From Acidimicrobiia bacterium (lineage in GTDB: Bacteria; Actinomycetota; Acidimicrobiia; Spongiisociales; ZC4RG35): a stretch of 64,000 bases of DNA. This document shows positions 7,681 to 16,317 of the stretch, one piece after another. Made by a program: the position numbers and the translations under genes. The first letter of the stretch is position 1, and each line of letters opens with the position of its first letter. A model generated the notes under the pieces. It was not told the DNA's origin. It worked only from the letters and a program-made list of their open reading frames with translations, and ran no database searches. The stretch spans positions 992,001 to 1,056,000 of the forward strand of contig CBDBCY010000004.1 of the NCBI GenBank assembly GCA_965203555.1, written 5' to 3'.

Positions 7681-9759
7681 TTATCCCAACGAACCGAACC
7701 ACTGGTCGTGAAGCTGCCGGTAGACGCCGCTTTCGATGAGGTCCAGCAGAGCCAGGTTGACCTGTTCCCGGAAGGCGGCGTCGTCCTGGCTCAGAACCAA
7801 CCCGTACTGGACCTTCTCGAAGTCGGGCCCCACTGTCGTCACCTCGCCGCCTCCTTCCCGGGCAGCGTGGAAGTGAAGCACCGGCGCGTCGAACACAACT
7901 GCGTCGATTTCGCCTGCTTCCAGAAGGGAGTAGGCCTCCCCGATCTCGCCTACCAGCACCGGTCCCACGCCGACGGAGGTCATGTATACCTCCCCCGCCG
8001 ATTGCGAGACCGTGGCAATCCGGTGACCGGGCAGGTCGGAGGGGCCGGAAATCTCGCCCCGCAGTTCATTCACCGCCAGGGAAGAGGCGATAGAAGCAGT
8101 GAAGCTGGCGAACACCAGCGTCCCCAGGGCTATCCATACCAGGGCGAACACCCTCCCTTTGGCGCCCCTCGCCACCTTGTCGCCATACCCGACCGTACTC
8201 ATGGTCACCACCGACCAGTAGAACGAGTCCCAGATCCCCTGGCGGTAGGGCACCGCGAAGTCGGCGTTGTCATGGCGTTCCAGCCACCAGATCACATGGG
8301 CCGAGACCAGCACCACCACCCCGAACAGAACCAACAGCCAGGGAAGATCCGAAGAACCGATGGCACGGAAGAACTGAAGGATCCGATCACCGATGTGCCT
8401 GGACGACTCCGTGGGCGCCAAGATGGTCAGTCCGGCATCGAGCACCGGCATCGAGAAGTCGACCAACCGCTCTCTTGATTCGGTGATGGCCACTCCCCCC
8501 AGAGCCACCCGGGCAACGCCGCGGTTGATGTCGTCGATCTGCTTTGCAACGGTGTCCACCGCGTAGATGTCCGCTTCCATCCCCAGGCGGGCGGCGAGCA
8601 GACGCGCCAATTCCACCTCGAAGCCGCTGTAGGAGCGGTTGTCATAAGTGGCGAAGGGAGGAAGAAGACGAACTGCCACCGGCAGTCGTCCCCCGGCTGC
8701 CGAGACCTCGCCGCTGGTCTCCGCCAGTCCGACCGCTTCCGGATCCGCAGCCTCGATCCAACGCTGCACGATGACCTCATTGGCTTCCACCCACTCTTTG
8801 GCATGGCGACGGATATCCTCGGGATCTCCCTCGTCGGCCACCATCAGCGCGTTTTGAGCGGAGATGTCCGCCAGTGGTATAACCACCAGCTCCAACAGCT
8901 TGCGGATCGATGGGTTGGCTTCCAGGAATTCGGTGTTGGCGACCACCCGGATGTCGTTGGGGGGCCACCCGACCCCGCAGGGATCGTTGGCGCATCCCGG
9001 AATACCGGCAATGGCGGTCCGGTCCAGGTATGCAGCCTGTTCCGCCGGCAAGGAGGGGAAGGGCGTCTCCAGCCAGACCACGTCCCGGCCGGGCACCAAC
9101 TCACCCACTGTCCAGTTGGGTGTCCAGGTGTAGTAGAGAACCGGCTGCCCGGCTCGATATTGGTCGAAGGTCGCCCTTATCAAAGGGGAGTACGCGCCCT
9201 GCACCTGCTCGACAGTCTCCCGCAATCCATAGGCGTCAAGGTGGTGGTCTATGATCGCCGCACATCCCCAGGAGGGTTCACAGCCGATCAAGTCGGCCAA
9301 CCCGTCCCCGTCATGATCGAAGAGGGCGGCAACCTCCCGTGATGACAAGTCACCGAGGTTGGTGATCCCATGGGCTTGCGCAGTGGATCTGTCCACAAAG
9401 TATCCCTGCAGCGCTCCGTCGTCGACTTGAGTGCCCACCCGCTCCGCGAATTCCTCCTGTACGAAGGAGTCCTGCGTCGGGAACCATCCGTTCGCCCACA
9501 AATCCACTTCCCCCGCCGCCACGGCGGTGTAGAACTCGTCATTGTCCATGGTGAGAGGACCCTCGACCTCGTAGCCGAGTTGCTGGATCAAAAGCCGGTA
9601 AACCTCGGCCTGGAACCAACCGGTGTCCCAGGTTGCGCGAGCCATCCGCACCGGCGGGTTATCGGCAGGCTCGTCGTCGGATTGGGCCACCGCTATCCCC
9701 GCACCTATGGAAATGAGCAACAGCACTGTCAGGGTTACAGCGATGGAGATTCTGCGCAT
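7681..9759 (-). CDS. fusion of a ProX/OpuAC betaine-binding domain with a GluR0-like ligand-gated K+ channel
   Basis: Signal peptide; ProX-like ARATWDTGWFQ...ADLIGCEPSWGC...YYTWTPNW; then S1 (PPF...GFEVEL...ITESRERLVDFS), M1, pore WSVVTMSTVGYGD, M2, S2 (DAVVFDAP...QYGL...QWFG). Confidence 0.85.
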   Translation of the reverse strand: MRRISIAVTLTVLLLISIGAGIAVAQSDDEPADNPPVRMARATWDTGWFQAEVYRLLIQQLGYEVEGPLTMDNDEFYTAVAAGEVDLWANGWFPTQDSFVQEEFAERVGTQVDDGALQGYFVDRSTAQAHGITNLGDLSSREVAALFDHDGDGLADLIGCEPSWGCAAIIDHHLDAYGLRETVEQVQGAYSPLIRATFDQYRAGQPVLYYTWTPNWTVGELVPGRDVVWLETPFPSLPAEQAAYLDRTAIAGIPGCANDPCGVGWPPNDIRVVANTEFLEANPSIRKLLELVVIPLADISAQNALMVADEGDPEDIRRHAKEWVEANEVIVQRWIEAADPEAVGLAETSGEVSAAGGRLPVAVRLLPPFATYDNRSYSGFEVELARLLAARLGMEADIYAVDTVAKQIDDINRGVARVALGGVAITESRERLVDFSMPVLDAGLTILAPTESSRHIGDRILQFFRAIGSSDLPWLLVLFGVVVLVSAHVIWWLERHDNADFAVPYRQGIWDSFYWSVVTMSTVGYGDKVARGAKGRVFALVWIALGTLVFASFTASIASSLAVNELRGEISGPSDLPGHRIATVSQSAGEVYMTSVGVGPVLVGEIGEAYSLLEAGEIDAVVFDAPVLHFHAAREGGGEVTTVGPDFEKVQYGLVLSQDDAAFREQVNLALLDLIESGVYRQLHDQWFGSLG

Positions 9760-10018
9760 GGAAGTGTCCGGTGGGTTTCAACCACAGGGTAGTGGGGCTG
9801 TGGCGCAGTGTAGCAAGCTGCAAGGACGTGTAGGAATACTGAAGAATAAGGTGTCTGGCGCCAGTTTTGCGGGGAAAACCTGTAGTTTTCGCGGCGCGCC
9901 CCCAGGACTTTAGGCTAAGGTTTTACCCAACAGACGCCTCCCTACAGGTAAGGGGGACGTAACCAAGGCGGCAGAAAGGAGACGCACATGATTGATCTGC
10001 GAATAGAAAGGAGTTCGT

Positions 10019-11785
10019 ATGGCTGACAAAGAAGATCTCGATCTCACTCAGATTGCCGAGGCCTTAGAGGATTGGGAAGATCAAGAGGAACGCGCCCGCG
10101 ATGCGGCGATCCGTAATCGACCCCAGTTCGAAGGCCTCCAGATCGATCCCGAGATCGATTTCTACCCCGAAGTGGCCGATCGGGAGCCTGGTGACAAGAA
10201 CATCGTCAGGTGGGGATTCGACATCCATCCGCAGGTGACGTTCGTCGCCGCCGGATTCCTGTTGCTCTTCATCGCTTGGTCTTTGCTGTTTCCGGAGTCG
10301 GCCGGCGGTGTCTTCGGCGCCATTCTCAACTTCATCAACGAGAAGGTGGGTTGGCTGTACATCATCTCCTTCAACGTCTTCATCGGCGCGGCGCTCTACT
10401 TTGCGTTAGGCCGGTACGGCAAGATTCGACTAGGCGGTCCAGGCGCCCTTCCGGAGTTTTCCACCGGGGCCTGGTACGCAATGCTGATCTCTGCCGGTCT
10501 TGGCATCGGGTTGATGTTCTGGGGTGTGGCTGAGCCAATCTTCCACCTGACCGCACCGCCTCCCTTGTTCGAGGTGGAACCCCTGTCAACGGGCGCGGCC
10601 AGAGGAGCACTGGCGACCTCCTACCTCCATTGGGGGATTCATGGATGGGCGCTTTACGGACTGGTAGCCCTGGCCCTGGGATTCTTCGCCTACAACCGAG
10701 GATTGCCACTGACCTTCCGATCGGTCTTCTATCCGATTCTCGGTCCGAGGATCTACGGTACATGGGGCAACGCGATCGACATCCTCACTGTGGTGGCCAC
10801 CCTCTTCGGTCTCGCCACCTCACTGGGATTCGGCGCCGGACAGGCGGCTGCGGGGTTGAACAAGCTCTTCGGTCTCCCGTCGGGCACCGGCTTTCAGATC
10901 GTCCTGATCGCCTTCATCACCGGGCTGGCAACCATCTCGGTTGTGGCCGGTTTGGACGCCGGGGTCAAGAGGCTGAGCCAGCTCAACGTGTGGCTGGCCG
11001 CGGCCTTCCTGGTCTTCGTGCTGTTGGTGGGCCCCACTCTGCTGGTGCTGTCACTGTACGTTGAGAGCATCGGAGTGTATCTCCAGATACTGCCAGAGTT
11101 CTCGTTCTGGAACGCTGCTTTGATCGACACGCAATGGCAACAATGGTGGACAATCTTCTACTGGGGATGGTGGATCTCCTGGTCTCCCTTCGTCGGTATG
11201 TTCATCGCCCGGATCTCCAAGGGACGTTCGGTGCGGGAAATGATCATTGGTGTGATCGTCCTCCCCTGCCTCCTTTGCTTCCTGTGGTTCGCGGTGTTCG
11301 GCGGAGCGGCCATGGATCTGCAGATGCGCGGCGAACTGGACGTTGCCACGGCGGTCAACGAAAACGTGGCGACTGCCCTGTTCGTGATGTTGGAGGCCTT
11401 CCCATGGACCTTCTTCGTCTCCATAGTCGGCATTCTGCTGTTGGTTTCGTTCTTCGTCACCTCTTCGGACTCCGGATCCTTGGTGGTGGACCACCTCACC
11501 TCTGGAGGAAAACTCGATTCGCCCAAGCCCCAGCGGGTGTTCTGGGCCTTGATGGAAGGCTTGGTGGCATGCGTGTTGCTGTTGGGAGGTGGCCTGTCGG
11601 CGCTCCAAACGGCCGCAGTGGCCACCGGACTGCCATTCCTCTTCGTGCTCTTGATCATGCTCTGGAGCCTCAAGAAGGCCTTCGATGAGGAACTCGACCT
11701 CTTGGAAGCCCACTACGACGAGGCCATCTTCCAATCCCAGCACGCCGGTCTGATCGAGAAACTGGGTAGAGGGGGTGCAAAGTGA
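10019..11785 (+). CDS. BCCT family (betaine/carnitine/choline) transporter
   Basis: SAGLGIGLMFWGVAEP, HWGIHGWALY, WTIFYWGWWISWSPFVGMFIARISKGR, FFVTSSDSGS. Confidence 0.95.
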   Translation: MADKEDLDLTQIAEALEDWEDQEERARDAAIRNRPQFEGLQIDPEIDFYPEVADREPGDKNIVRWGFDIHPQVTFVAAGFLLLFIAWSLLFPESAGGVFGAILNFINEKVGWLYIISFNVFIGAALYFALGRYGKIRLGGPGALPEFSTGAWYAMLISAGLGIGLMFWGVAEPIFHLTAPPPLFEVEPLSTGAARGALATSYLHWGIHGWALYGLVALALGFFAYNRGLPLTFRSVFYPILGPRIYGTWGNAIDILTVVATLFGLATSLGFGAGQAAAGLNKLFGLPSGTGFQIVLIAFITGLATISVVAGLDAGVKRLSQLNVWLAAAFLVFVLLVGPTLLVLSLYVESIGVYLQILPEFSFWNAALIDTQWQQWWTIFYWGWWISWSPFVGMFIARISKGRSVREMIIGVIVLPCLLCFLWFAVFGGAAMDLQMRGELDVATAVNENVATALFVMLEAFPWTFFVSIVGILLLVSFFVTSSDSGSLVVDHLTSGGKLDSPKPQRVFWALMEGLVACVLLLGGGLSALQTAAVATGLPFLFVLLIMLWSLKKAFDEELDLLEAHYDEAIFQSQHAGLIEKLGRGGAK

Positions 11786-12714
11786 TGAAGCGATCGAGTG
11801 TTTTCGTCGCCGCTCTTGCGGCTTTCGTGTTGATGCTTTCGGCTTGCGCCACCGAGGAAGTTGCCGGGCCGGTGAAGATCGCCCGGGCCAACTGGGACTC
11901 CGGTTACATGCAGGCCGCCATCTACGCGGCTCTGATCGAGGAGTTGGGGCACGAGGTCACTGACCCCGCCGCCGCCACCCTCAGCCCCTATTCGTTCTAT
12001 CCGGCTTTGGCCGCTCGCCAGTACGACCTGTGGGCCAATGGCTGGTTCCCCCTCCACAACATCTACCTGGAAGGAGAGAACGTCACCGGCCAAGCGGTTG
12101 AACTCCCCATCGAGCCGATCGGCACGCAGGTGGGTGGTGGAGCCACAGACGGCTTGATGATCGACAAGGCCACAGCTGACAGACTGGGAATCAGAGACAT
12201 GGATGGGGTCGCCGCCAACGCCGGCGCCTTCGACCACGACGGCGACGGCAAGGCCGACCTCTACGGATGCAACGTCGGATGGGGATGCGAAACCGCCATC
12301 AACGAACAGATCGCCAATGAAAGTTGGGGCTCAGGAGTCGAACAGATTTCCGGTACCTACAACGACTTGGCGCAAGGCGTCGTGGAGAGAGTGGCGGCCG
12401 GTGAATCGGCCCTGTTCTACGCTTGGACGCCCAACTGGACGAACACCGTCCTAGTGGCGAACAGCAATGTGGTTTGGCTGCAATCCAACGTGAATGACAT
12501 CCGAGCGGTGGCCAACACCGACTTCCTGGATGAATACCCGGACATCAAAGCTCTCCTCGATGCGGTGGTAATCCCGCTGACCGACATCGCGGCTCAAAAC
12601 GCCAAGATGGCCGCCGGGGATTACAGCGAGGCTGACATCAGAGCTGACGCCGAAGCCTGGATCGCGGCCAACCGCGACACGGTCGACAGCTGGCTCGCAG
12701 CCGCCCGAGGCTAA
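11782..12714 (+). CDS. glycine betaine/proline substrate-binding lipoprotein (ProX/OpuAC type)
   Basis: Lipobox LSAC, ARANWDSG, DHDGDGKADLYGCNVGWGC, FYAWTPNW; overlaps the BCCT stop codon. Confidence 0.88.
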   Translation: MMKRSSVFVAALAAFVLMLSACATEEVAGPVKIARANWDSGYMQAAIYAALIEELGHEVTDPAAATLSPYSFYPALAARQYDLWANGWFPLHNIYLEGENVTGQAVELPIEPIGTQVGGGATDGLMIDKATADRLGIRDMDGVAANAGAFDHDGDGKADLYGCNVGWGCETAINEQIANESWGSGVEQISGTYNDLAQGVVERVAAGESALFYAWTPNWTNTVLVANSNVVWLQSNVNDIRAVANTDFLDEYPDIKALLDAVVIPLTDIAAQNAKMAAGDYSEADIRADAEAWIAANRDTVDSWLAAARG

Positions 12715-12727
12715 CTTACGACTAACT

Positions 12728-12780
12728 GGTTGGGTTTGGTCGGCGCTCCCGCCGGCCAGACCCAACCGCTTTTTTTCTTT
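12728..12780 (+). terminator. intrinsic terminator
   Basis: GGTTGGGTTTGGTCGGCG-CTCC-CGCCGGCCAGACCCAACC stem followed by a long T tract. Confidence 0.85.
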
Positions 12781-12826
12781 GGCAGGTTTTCAGACTGCCT
12801 ATCGTGTCCTCCACCCGCTCAATGGT

Positions 12827-12925
12827 GCCCCGAATTTCCTTGCACCTCTCGAACATCTCAGGATCCGGATCGGAGATGAGATCCCTGGTCACCGGATCGA
12901 CCAGCATGTACTCCTCCTCGATTCC
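12827..12925 (-). pseudogene. N-terminal remnant of a carboxylate-amine ligase (YbdK/GCS2 family)
   Basis: GIEEEYMLVDPVTRDL matches the GCS2 N-terminal motif; only about 33 codons remain. Confidence 0.6.
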
Positions 12926-13281
12926 CGGTGGCAAACCAAGGTTTCCGCAAGACTATGAAATTGTCTCCCCCGGATTCGACAACCACTTCTGGAGTGTCCA
13001 CTCCCGCGTCGTGAACACCGGGATTCCCAAAACAACAGCTCAGATTCCCTCACCGGAGCAACGGCAACGTCTGGGACCACACGGGCGCCACATGGACCTT
13101 TGACGGGAGGACCAGAACGAATCCCCGGTAAGGGGCGAGCGACAGGGAACCGACCCCCCGAGAATCCATTTATTCCCAGTAAAAGGGGAAAAAATCCGGC
13201 ATTTCCTCACAAATAAACAGTGCCATTACCACCATCCCAGCCAAACGAGCGATAGTGTAAAAGGGCAATCTTGTGATTGAT

Positions 13282-13445
13282 GTGAGCAGTCCCGAGTCGG
13301 GTTGCTCGCTGAATACCATAGCCCGCCAACAGATCGGGGAGTAGCTACCGCCGACTCTGGGCGAATAGGCGAGGCCATCTGTGTCCTCACGTCAATCACA
13401 GGAACAACCCGACGACGTGAGGACAACCATGATAACGCGCATGGG
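13282..13445 (+). ncRNA. candidate structured leader RNA with yybP-ykoY-like motifs
   Basis: Four consecutive hairpins; GGGGAGTAGC...GGCGAGGCC closed by ACAGAT/ATCTGT; 12-bp perfect stem containing CGTCAATCAC. Confidence 0.3.
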
Positions 13446-13773
13446 AACCCCATGACGCCCTTGAGGCAGATAGGCGCCCACCCCACCGCCACCATCCCCG
13501 CCGAATGCGGGATCACCCACCCGCCGGGGAGAACACCACCCCGCCGGCAAAACCCTCGCAGGATCAGGAAACGATCCCGCCCTCCAATCGTATGTGAAGG
13601 GCTAATACGCATGTTAATAGCAGTTAGCACGCAACGTCCCGACCCGTCTTAGGTGATCGAACAACCGGACAACCCCGGACCCCGAGAAGAAGGGAGAAGA
13701 GCCCCCATGGCCGACAACGACGACCAAACCATACAGCTACGCCGATCAAGAATCCTGAAAGGATCAAAACACC

Positions 13774-16188
13774 ATGGGAACCAGTAAACGAATTATCACG
13801 GTCGCAATCGCGACCATCTTCATGTTCACCACCGCCCTACCCGCTATAGCCCGACCACCCGACCACCCCGGAGAACAGGGGAGCAGTAGCAGCGGATCGA
13901 GCGAAAGCGGATCAGGATCAGGAAGCGGATCAGGATCAGGAAGCGGATCAGGATCAGGAAGCGGATCAGGATCAGGAAGCGGAAGCCGGGGAGGTGGCAG
14001 CCCCCACGATCCCAGCAACAACCCGCCCGGCGGATCGAGCGGAGGCGGATCGAGCGGAGGCGGAAGCCCCAACCCCGATCACGATCCCAACAATCCCGAC
14101 AGCCACGACAACCGCGGAAGCGGATCAGGATCAGGAAGCGGATCAGGATCAGGAAGCGGATCAGGATCAGGAAGCGGAAGCCGGGGAGGTGGCAGCCCCC
14201 ACGATCCCAGCAACAACCCGCCCGGCGGATCGAGCGGAGGCGGATCGAGCGGAGGCGGAAGCCCCAACCCCGATCACGATCCCAACAATCCCGACAGCCA
14301 CGACAACCGCGGAAGCGGATCAGGATCAGGAAGCGGATATTGCGACCCCGGCAGATGCGGAAGCGGATCATCCCCATCAGCGACCAACCCCACGCTAAAG
14401 ACAACAAAGACCATAGGCGGCACAACCATAACCACCAGCAGCGACGGATCTATGTCGGCTACGGGAACCACCAGATCAGGAGCCAAGGTAACCGTTACCA
14501 GAAACCCAGACGGAACAACGACCATGTCCGTCGCGGGAAGCACCACTATCGCCGGAGTCAAGACAACCGTGACCGGCAAAGACGGAACCGTCACAGTCAC
14601 CGGCACAGGACCCCTAGGCACCAAGGTAACCACAACCATTGACGCCACCACCGGCGAGATCGAAACCAAAGTCGAAGCCACCCCCGAATCAGTAGCCGCC
14701 GCCATCGAGAAAGCCGGGAAGGACAAGGCCAGGAAAGAGATCGACAAACGAACCCCCAAAGGCGCAAGCGGCGGCGGAGGAGGCCGCGGCGGAGGCGGGG
14801 GCCGCGGCGGAGGCGGAGGCGGAGGCGTGACCTGCTTCAACAGTTGCCTCAACCACAACACAGGAACACCTAACAATCCAGCCAATACCAACGCTTTCAA
14901 CAGACGCACAACCACCACCCAACCACCCACTGGCAGCCCCCACGATCCCAGCAACAACCCGCCCGGCGGATCGAGCGGAGGCGGATCGAGCGGAGGCGGA
15001 AGCCCCAACCCCGATCACGACCCCAACAATCCCGACAGCCACGACAACCGCGGAAGCGGATCAGGATCAGGAAGCGGATCAGGATCAAGCGGAAGCCGCG
15101 GCGACGGAGGCGGAGGCGAAGAAACCCGCACCGGCCAAGCCACCACCGAAAGCGGAAGCAAAGAGCCGGAGAACCCGGGCAACCAGGAGCCGGAGCCGAG
15201 AACGTATTGGTGCGGGAGCGGACAGCTGGCCAGCAACTACCGCCAATGCAGCGAATCCGAATTCAACGAGAAGGTCCGCCAGGAAGAGCAGGCAGAGCGG
15301 GACCGCCGGGCAGAGCGGGACCGCCAGCGGGAGCTAGCACGCGAGCAGGAACGCCTAAACCAGGAGGCCCGGGAACGGGAACGCCAGGAGCAGGAAGCCA
15401 CCAGCCGCACGACGGCCACCACCGGAGGCGGAGGCGGAAGCTATACAGCCACCGGCCAACCAGAAACGACCACCTACTCCGATGGAACGAAGATAACCAC
15501 GACTACACATGCCGACGGATCAATAACCGGGACAGCAGTAAGACCCGACGGCAAAACCGTTACCGTAGTCGTGGATAGAACCGGCAAGGTCTTAAGCAAA
15601 AAGACAACCGACACCGGAGGCGAAACACCACGCCAGGAGCCGGAGCAGCGCCAAGAGCAAGAGCAGGCCCCGCCGCCGAAACCCGAACCCGAGCCGGTTT
15701 ATCGGACGGAAACCCGCTACCGCACGGTAACCCGCACCCGAACGGAAACCACCTACCAGACGGAAACCCGCTACCGGACCGAGACCCGCTACCGGACAGA
15801 GACCCGCTACCGGATAGAGTGGGAGCGCGGCACTGCACCCGTCCGCAAGATAGTCAAAAAGACCCGCATGGTCCGCAAGTCCCGGCTGGAGGACCGCACT
15901 TACACACAGCCAGCATATTGGCAGTATGACCCCAAGACCGGCCGGGTGAACAGGGTTCCGGAGAAAGCGGTGACCTACCAAGTTCCCGTCGACTACTACG
16001 AGGAGGAAGAGTACGACGTGGTCGTGGAAACCGGGGAGACCTACCCGACCTTCTACCGGAAGGTGATTCCCTACACGGTACAGGTGTCCTACAGCACGCA
16101 GGTACCGTACACCGTCGAGGTAGAGGGAACCCGCCAGGTGTCCTACGAAGAGCAGGAGGCGTACACCGTCCAGGTACGCGACCAGTAA
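13774..16188 (+). CDS. secreted low-complexity repeat protein (Gly/Ser repeats, Thr-rich beta repeats, coiled coil, YRTETR and YTV-like repeats)
   Basis: 804-aa ORF, GAAAGGA RBS, signal peptide ending PAIA, internal repeats that all preserve the frame. Confidence 0.75.
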   Translation: MGTSKRIITVAIATIFMFTTALPAIARPPDHPGEQGSSSSGSSESGSGSGSGSGSGSGSGSGSGSGSGSGSRGGGSPHDPSNNPPGGSSGGGSSGGGSPNPDHDPNNPDSHDNRGSGSGSGSGSGSGSGSGSGSGSRGGGSPHDPSNNPPGGSSGGGSSGGGSPNPDHDPNNPDSHDNRGSGSGSGSGYCDPGRCGSGSSPSATNPTLKTTKTIGGTTITTSSDGSMSATGTTRSGAKVTVTRNPDGTTTMSVAGSTTIAGVKTTVTGKDGTVTVTGTGPLGTKVTTTIDATTGEIETKVEATPESVAAAIEKAGKDKARKEIDKRTPKGASGGGGGRGGGGGRGGGGGGGVTCFNSCLNHNTGTPNNPANTNAFNRRTTTTQPPTGSPHDPSNNPPGGSSGGGSSGGGSPNPDHDPNNPDSHDNRGSGSGSGSGSGSSGSRGDGGGGEETRTGQATTESGSKEPENPGNQEPEPRTYWCGSGQLASNYRQCSESEFNEKVRQEEQAERDRRAERDRQRELAREQERLNQEARERERQEQEATSRTTATTGGGGGSYTATGQPETTTYSDGTKITTTTHADGSITGTAVRPDGKTVTVVVDRTGKVLSKKTTDTGGETPRQEPEQRQEQEQAPPPKPEPEPVYRTETRYRTVTRTRTETTYQTETRYRTETRYRTETRYRIEWERGTAPVRKIVKKTRMVRKSRLEDRTYTQPAYWQYDPKTGRVNRVPEKAVTYQVPVDYYEEEEYDVVVETGETYPTFYRKVIPYTVQVSYSTQVPYTVEVEGTRQVSYEEQEAYTVQVRDQ
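13904..15081 (+). repeat. coding repeats: 18-bp GGAAGCGGATCAGGATCA arrays and three near-identical ~145-bp units (starting at 13996, 14191, 14932)
   Basis: Directly visible; each unit encodes GSPHDPSNNPPGGSSGGGSSGGGSPNPDHDPNNPDSHDNRGSGSGSG. Confidence 0.9.
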
Positions 16189-16317
16189 CCCGACCGCCCC
16201 CAGACAGGATCAGCCGGGGAGGCGACCCCCTCGCCTCCCCGGACCCCAAACCCAGCGAGCCCCCAGCCCAATACACCCCCAACCACCCAACACACCACCC
16301 CTTACGAACAATCAGGG

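Noticed and set aside
13904-15081. Possible CRISPR or non-coding repeat array
   Set aside because: All periods are multiples of 3 and lie inside one long ORF with a signal peptide, so they are coding repeats.
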